From Alphaproteobacteria bacterium (GTDB lineage Bacteria; Pseudomonadota; Alphaproteobacteria; Bin95), in NCBI GenBank assembly GCA_965205265.1, contig CBDBGH010000003.1, positions 2,880,001 to 2,944,000 on the forward strand: 64,000 nucleotides of DNA, in the 5' to 3' direction. The notes under the pieces are model-generated. The model was not told the origin of the DNA. It worked only from the letters and a program-made list of their open reading frames with translations, and did no database searches. The stretch's first letter is position 1. Every line of letters begins with the position of its first letter. The translations under genes and the position numbers were made by a program. Shown piece by piece: positions 58,395 to 64,000 of this stretch.

Positions 58395-58844
58395 TCAGGC
58401 CGCTTCGAGGGTCTGCGGCGCGCCGGAGCCGATCTCGATCCGGCGCGGCTTCAGCGCCTCGGGCACCTCACTCACCAGCTCGACGGCGAGCATGCCGTTC
58501 TCCAGCTTCGCGCCGGCGGCCTTCACATGCTCGGCGAGGCGGAAGGTGCGCCGGAACTGCCGGGTCGCGATGCCGCGATGCAGGAAGACGCGGCTGTCGT
58601 CCTGGCTCCGGACCTTGCCGGCGATCACGAGCTCGTCGCCCTTCGCCTCGATCGCAAGGTCCTCTTCGCCGAAGCCGGCCACCGCCATCTCGATGCGGTA
58701 GGTGTGCTCGCCGGTCTTGACGATGTTGCAGGGCGGATAGTGCTCCGCCGTCGCGTCGGCGTTCATGACGCGGTCGAAGTTCTTCATCAGCCGTTCGAAG
58801 CCGATGGTGGACCGCAGGAGAGGGGAGAAATCGAATGCCGTCAT
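58395..58844 (-). CDS. ibpA: Small heat shock protein (Hsp20, IbpA-like)
   Basis: FDFSPLLRSTIGFERL, YPPCNI, AVAGF, LENGML, PEALKPRRIEI. Confidence 0.94.
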   Translation of the reverse strand: MTAFDFSPLLRSTIGFERLMKNFDRVMNADATAEHYPPCNIVKTGEHTYRIEMAVAGFGEEDLAIEAKGDELVIAGKVRSQDDSRVFLHRGIATRQFRRTFRLAEHVKAAGAKLENGMLAVELVSEVPEALKPRRIEIGSGAPQTLEAA

Positions 58845-58945
58845 CGGTCATCCTCCTTGAGAAGCGATTGTCGATGTCTCTGGGCCCGCCGCTCATCGGC
58901 CGGACCCGCCGTCCTCCGCTCCCGTCATCCGGCGAGCCTCGGACA
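58842..58945 (-). ncRNA. ROSE-like RNA thermometer in the ibpA 5' UTR
   Basis: UCGCU motif placed to pair with the AGGA Shine-Dalgarno (AATCGCTTCTCAAGGAGGAT), preceded by GC hairpins. Confidence 0.7.
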
Positions 58946-58951
58946 ACCCCC

Positions 58952-58979
58952 AGATGGGGAGGCGCAGCGGCGATTCAAG
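58952..58979 (-). promoter_or_regulatory. Sigma32 (RpoH) promoter of ibpA
   Basis: CTTGAA-14 bp-CCCCATCT on the minus strand. Confidence 0.8.
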
Positions 58980-59059
58980 ACCCCGGAGCGATTCTTTCGA
59001 CACCAGCCGCATGGCCGACGCCCGCAGCCCGTCTCTCCGGCGCGCGGAGACCGGCTTGG

Positions 59060-59580
59060 TTGTCATGGCGTGTCATGTTTTGTCATGCGGCGTCCCGCGT
59101 CTCCCCGCGATGCGTCATGAAATGTCATGATCCGCATGCCCATGACGCATAAGCGATGGTCGTTTCGGGCATGACGCCATCCTTTCGGGCAGGAACTGCG
59201 GGTATTCCGTCCGGTTTCCCCGGCTTCGCGTCGTCGGCATGGGCCTTTCCTTTCGATCCGTCTTCGTTCCAGCCTGTCCGCCGCCGGCCGGCCAGCGGCG
59301 GGACCCTGATTCGCGCGTATCCTGCGCGGGCGCCTGTGCGCGGGTAGGCGCGCGTTTCGCGGCGGCGCGAATCGTGCGCCTGATTGCCCGCGCGCGCCCG
59401 CGTGTGAGCCAACCGCAGGACGCACCTGTCCTGTCAGTTTCACAGGGGCTTTTTTTCGCGCCGGCGCGAAACGGGCAAGCAAACGGCTCCCAGGACGCCG
59501 CTTCCTTCCCTGCGCCCTATCTAGTGTCTGATTTTTATGATGTCAATCTACAATTAGAATTTTTTCTGATTTAATGAACA
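59060..59580 (-). repeat. Uncharacterised dispersed non-coding element, copy 2
   Basis: Homologous to 46315-46855; TTGACA(59546-59541)-17 bp-TAGATA, palindrome at 59455-59470, 61-bp module at 59113-59173, three extra CATGACA at 59061-59087. Confidence 0.8.
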
Positions 59581-59634
59581 AACACCAAGCTTTCGCCGCT
59601 GGCGAGACCTGCTCCCTTCCGGCCTCGCATTGCC

Positions 59635-60921
59635 CTACTTCCCGATGCAGAACTCCCGGAAGATCGCGTCCAGCAGGTCTTCCACATCGACGCGGCCGGT
59701 GACGCGGCCAAGCGCGCGGACGGCGAGGCGGAGGTCTTCGGCGGCGAGGTCGGTCTGGGGCGCGGCGGCGAAGCGGTCGAGCGCCTCGGCTGACTGCCTG
59801 AGCGCGTGGACATGCCGGGCGCGGAGCGCGCCGGGCGGGCCGGCGACGCGCGAGCGCACGGCGTCCGCTATGGCGCCGCGCAGCGCCTCCAGCCCCTCTC
59901 CCGTCCGGGCGGAGACGGCGAGGCCGGGGCCCGGCGCCGCGCCGAGATCGGCCTTGGTGCGGACGGCGAGGCCCGGCATGTCCGGCGGCGGCGGGGCGTC
60001 GGGGGCGGTCAGCAGCAGGCAGAGATCGGCCGATTCCGCCTCGGCGCGCGCCCGGCGCATGCCCTCCCGCTCGATGGGGTCCTGGCTCTCATGCAGGCCC
60101 GCCATGTCGATCAGACGCACCAGATAGCCTTCCATGACCAGCCGCGCCTCCAGCACGTCGCGCGTCGTGCCGGCCGACGGCGAGGTAATGGCGACCTCGC
60201 GCGCGGCGAGCGCGTTCAGGAGGCTCGACTTGCCGGCATTGGGCGCGCCCGCCAGCGCCACCCGGAAGCCGTCGCGCACGACCTCGCCGCGCGCGCCGGC
60301 GGCCAGCGCCTCGGCCATTTCCGCGCGCGTCTCCGCTACCGTGTCCGCGACATGCGCCTCCAGCCCGTCCGGCAGCTCCTCGTCGCTGAAGTCGATGGCG
60401 GCCTCGATATGGGCAAGCGCCCCGACCAGCCGTTCCCGCCAGCCGTCGAACTGCCGCGCCAGCCCGCCGCCGAGTGCATGGAGCGCCTGCCGGCGCTGGC
60501 CCTCGGTCTCGGCGTCGATGAGCTCGGCAAGGCCCTCCACCGCCGTCAGGTCCATGCGCCCGGCCTCGAAGGCGCGCCGGGTGAATTCGCCGGGCTCCGC
60601 CGGGCGCAGGCCGTCCAGCCGCATCAGCGCCGCCTGCACCGCATCCATCACGACGGGCGCGCCGTGGAGATGCAATTCGGCGGCGTCCTCGCCGGTGAAG
60701 CTCGCCGGACCCGGAAACCAGAGCGCGAGGCCCCGGTCCAGCAGTTCGCCGGTCTCCGGGTCGCGGACGGCGCGCAGCACCGCCCGGCGCGGCTCCGGCA
60801 GCGGCCCCGCCAGCGCCGCGAGCGCCCGCCCCGCTTCCGGCCCGGAGAGGCGCAGCACGGCGATGCCGGCGCGGCCCGGCGCCGTCGCCTCGGCGAAGAT
60901 CGTGTCCGGCAGGTCCCTCAG
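59635..60921 (-). CDS. mnmE: tRNA modification GTPase MnmE, probable CTG start
   Basis: [46 protein letters not shown]-terminus. Confidence 0.95.
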   Translation of the reverse strand: MRDLPDTIFAEATAPGRAGIAVLRLSGPEAGRALAALAGPLPEPRRAVLRAVRDPETGELLDRGLALWFPGPASFTGEDAAELHLHGAPVVMDAVQAALMRLDGLRPAEPGEFTRRAFEAGRMDLTAVEGLAELIDAETEGQRRQALHALGGGLARQFDGWRERLVGALAHIEAAIDFSDEELPDGLEAHVADTVAETRAEMAEALAAGARGEVVRDGFRVALAGAPNAGKSSLLNALAAREVAITSPSAGTTRDVLEARLVMEGYLVRLIDMAGLHESQDPIEREGMRRARAEAESADLCLLLTAPDAPPPPDMPGLAVRTKADLGAAPGPGLAVSARTGEGLEALRGAIADAVRSRVAGPPGALRARHVHALRQSAEALDRFAAAPQTDLAAEDLRLAVRALGRVTGRVDVEDLLDAIFREFCIGK

Positions 60922-61238
60922 GCGTCGGGGTCGAGCATGAGCCGGGAGACCCGGCCGCCGCCCTTCAGGTGGGTTTCGAGGATCTCGTCGATATCCGCCT
61001 CGTTCTCGTAGCGGTACCAGATGCCCTCGGGATAGATGACCATGGTCGGCCCGAGCTCGCAGCGGTCGAGGCAGCCGGCAATGTTGATCCGCGTATTCGG
61101 CAGCGACCGGGCGCGCGCCTTCATGTAGGCGCGCAGCTTCTCCGAGCCCTTCTCACTGCAGCAGCCGCGCGGATGGCCGGGCGGACGGGTATTGGTGCAA
61201 CAGAACACATGCGCGTCGTAATAGAGCGCGTCCGCCAT
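60918..61238 (-). CDS. Thioredoxin-like [2Fe-2S] ferredoxin
   Basis: [28 protein letters not shown]. Confidence 0.9.
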   Translation of the reverse strand: MADALYYDAHVFCCTNTRPPGHPRGCCSEKGSEKLRAYMKARARSLPNTRINIAGCLDRCELGPTMVIYPEGIWYRYENEADIDEILETHLKGGGRVSRLMLDPDA

Positions 61239-61286
61239 GATTTCCTTCCTCGCATCCGGGAGAGCGCCAGTTTACCCTCGCTGCCC

Positions 61287-63293
<2,007 letters not shown>

Positions 63294-63305
63294 GAGGAGG
63301 AGGCC

Positions 63306-64000
63306 ATGCACGACCTGTTGTTGAAGGGCGGACGGGTGATCGATCCCGGCGGCGGGGTGGACCGCGTGGCCGACGTCGCTTTCGCCGAAGGCCGGGTCGC
63401 GGAGATCGGGCCCGATCTCCCGGCGGAGGAAGCCCGCGAGGTGCGCGATGTGAGCAGCCGCATCGTCACGCCCGGCCTCATCGACCTGCACACGCATGTC
63501 TATTGGGGCGGCACCTCCATCGGCGTCGATCCGGAGGCGATCGCCAGGCAGGGCGCCACGACGACGCTGGTCGATGCCGGGACCGCCGGGCCGGCCAATC
63601 TGGCGGGCTTCCGGCGCCATGTGATCGAGCCCGCAAGGCCGCGCGTGCTGCCGTTCCTAAACGTCTCCTTTCCGGGGATATTCGCCTTCAGCGAAGCGGT
63701 GATGGTCGGAGAATGCCAGGACATGCGCCTGCTCGATGCTCGCGAATGCGTGCGCGTGGCGCGCGAGCACGCGGACCTGGTGGTGGGCATCAAGGTGAGG
63801 GTCGGCCTCGGCGCCGGCGGGTCGAGCGGCATCGCCCCGCTCGACATCGCGCTCGAGGTGGCCGAGGAGCTCGGGCTGCCGGTCATGGCGCATCTGGACT
63901 TCCCGCCGCCCAGCCGCCGCGAGGTGATGGACCGGCTGCGCCCCGGCGACGTGCTGACGCACTGTTTCCGGTCCTTCCCGAACAGCCCGGCGGGGGCCGA
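63306..64000 (+). CDS. Amidohydrolase/deacetylase (dihydroorotase-like), 3'-truncated by the window edge
   Basis: LLLKGGRVIDP, PGLIDLHTH, DAGTAG, LRPGDVLTHCF. Confidence 0.88.
   Translation, partial: MHDLLLKGGRVIDPGGGVDRVADVAFAEGRVAEIGPDLPAEEAREVRDVSSRIVTPGLIDLHTHVYWGGTSIGVDPEAIARQGATTTLVDAGTAGPANLAGFRRHVIEPARPRVLPFLNVSFPGIFAFSEAVMVGECQDMRLLDARECVRVAREHADLVVGIKVRVGLGAGGSSGIAPLDIALEVAEELGLPVMAHLDFPPPSRREVMDRLRPGDVLTHCFRSFPNSPAGA

Overview
GC-rich chromosomal window, by gene content most likely from an alphaproteobacterium (inference). It is mostly housekeeping and catabolic genes: thrS-infC-rpmI-rplT-pheS-pheT, icd, selC, a peptide-type ABC transporter with hydrolases, class I nrdA with an NrdR box, secG-pyrG-kdsA-eno, tRNA-Arg(UCU), two RND efflux pairs, rpmG-dinB, glnS, ibpA (sigma32 promoter plus ROSE-like thermometer) and mnmE. 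I saw no integrase, transposase, phage gene or CRISPR array. The unexplained structure is non-coding. (1) A ~0.5-0.8 kb element occurs twice in inverted orientation (~46315-47110 on +, ~59060-59580 on -). Each copy has an AT-rich sigma70-like promoter, a conserved 5' hairpin, a perfect 16-bp palindrome and a gap-free 61-bp module with ~10-bp-phased CATGAC repeats (three modules in total). (2) A 349-bp MITE-like element is inserted into a REP-like palindrome, and the REP spacers appear in both orientations. (3) A duplicated pheT 3' end brackets a DUF1624-like gene. There is also an amber codon early in an otherwise intact RND gene and a probable CTG start for mnmE. All protein calls come from reading motifs; no searches were run.
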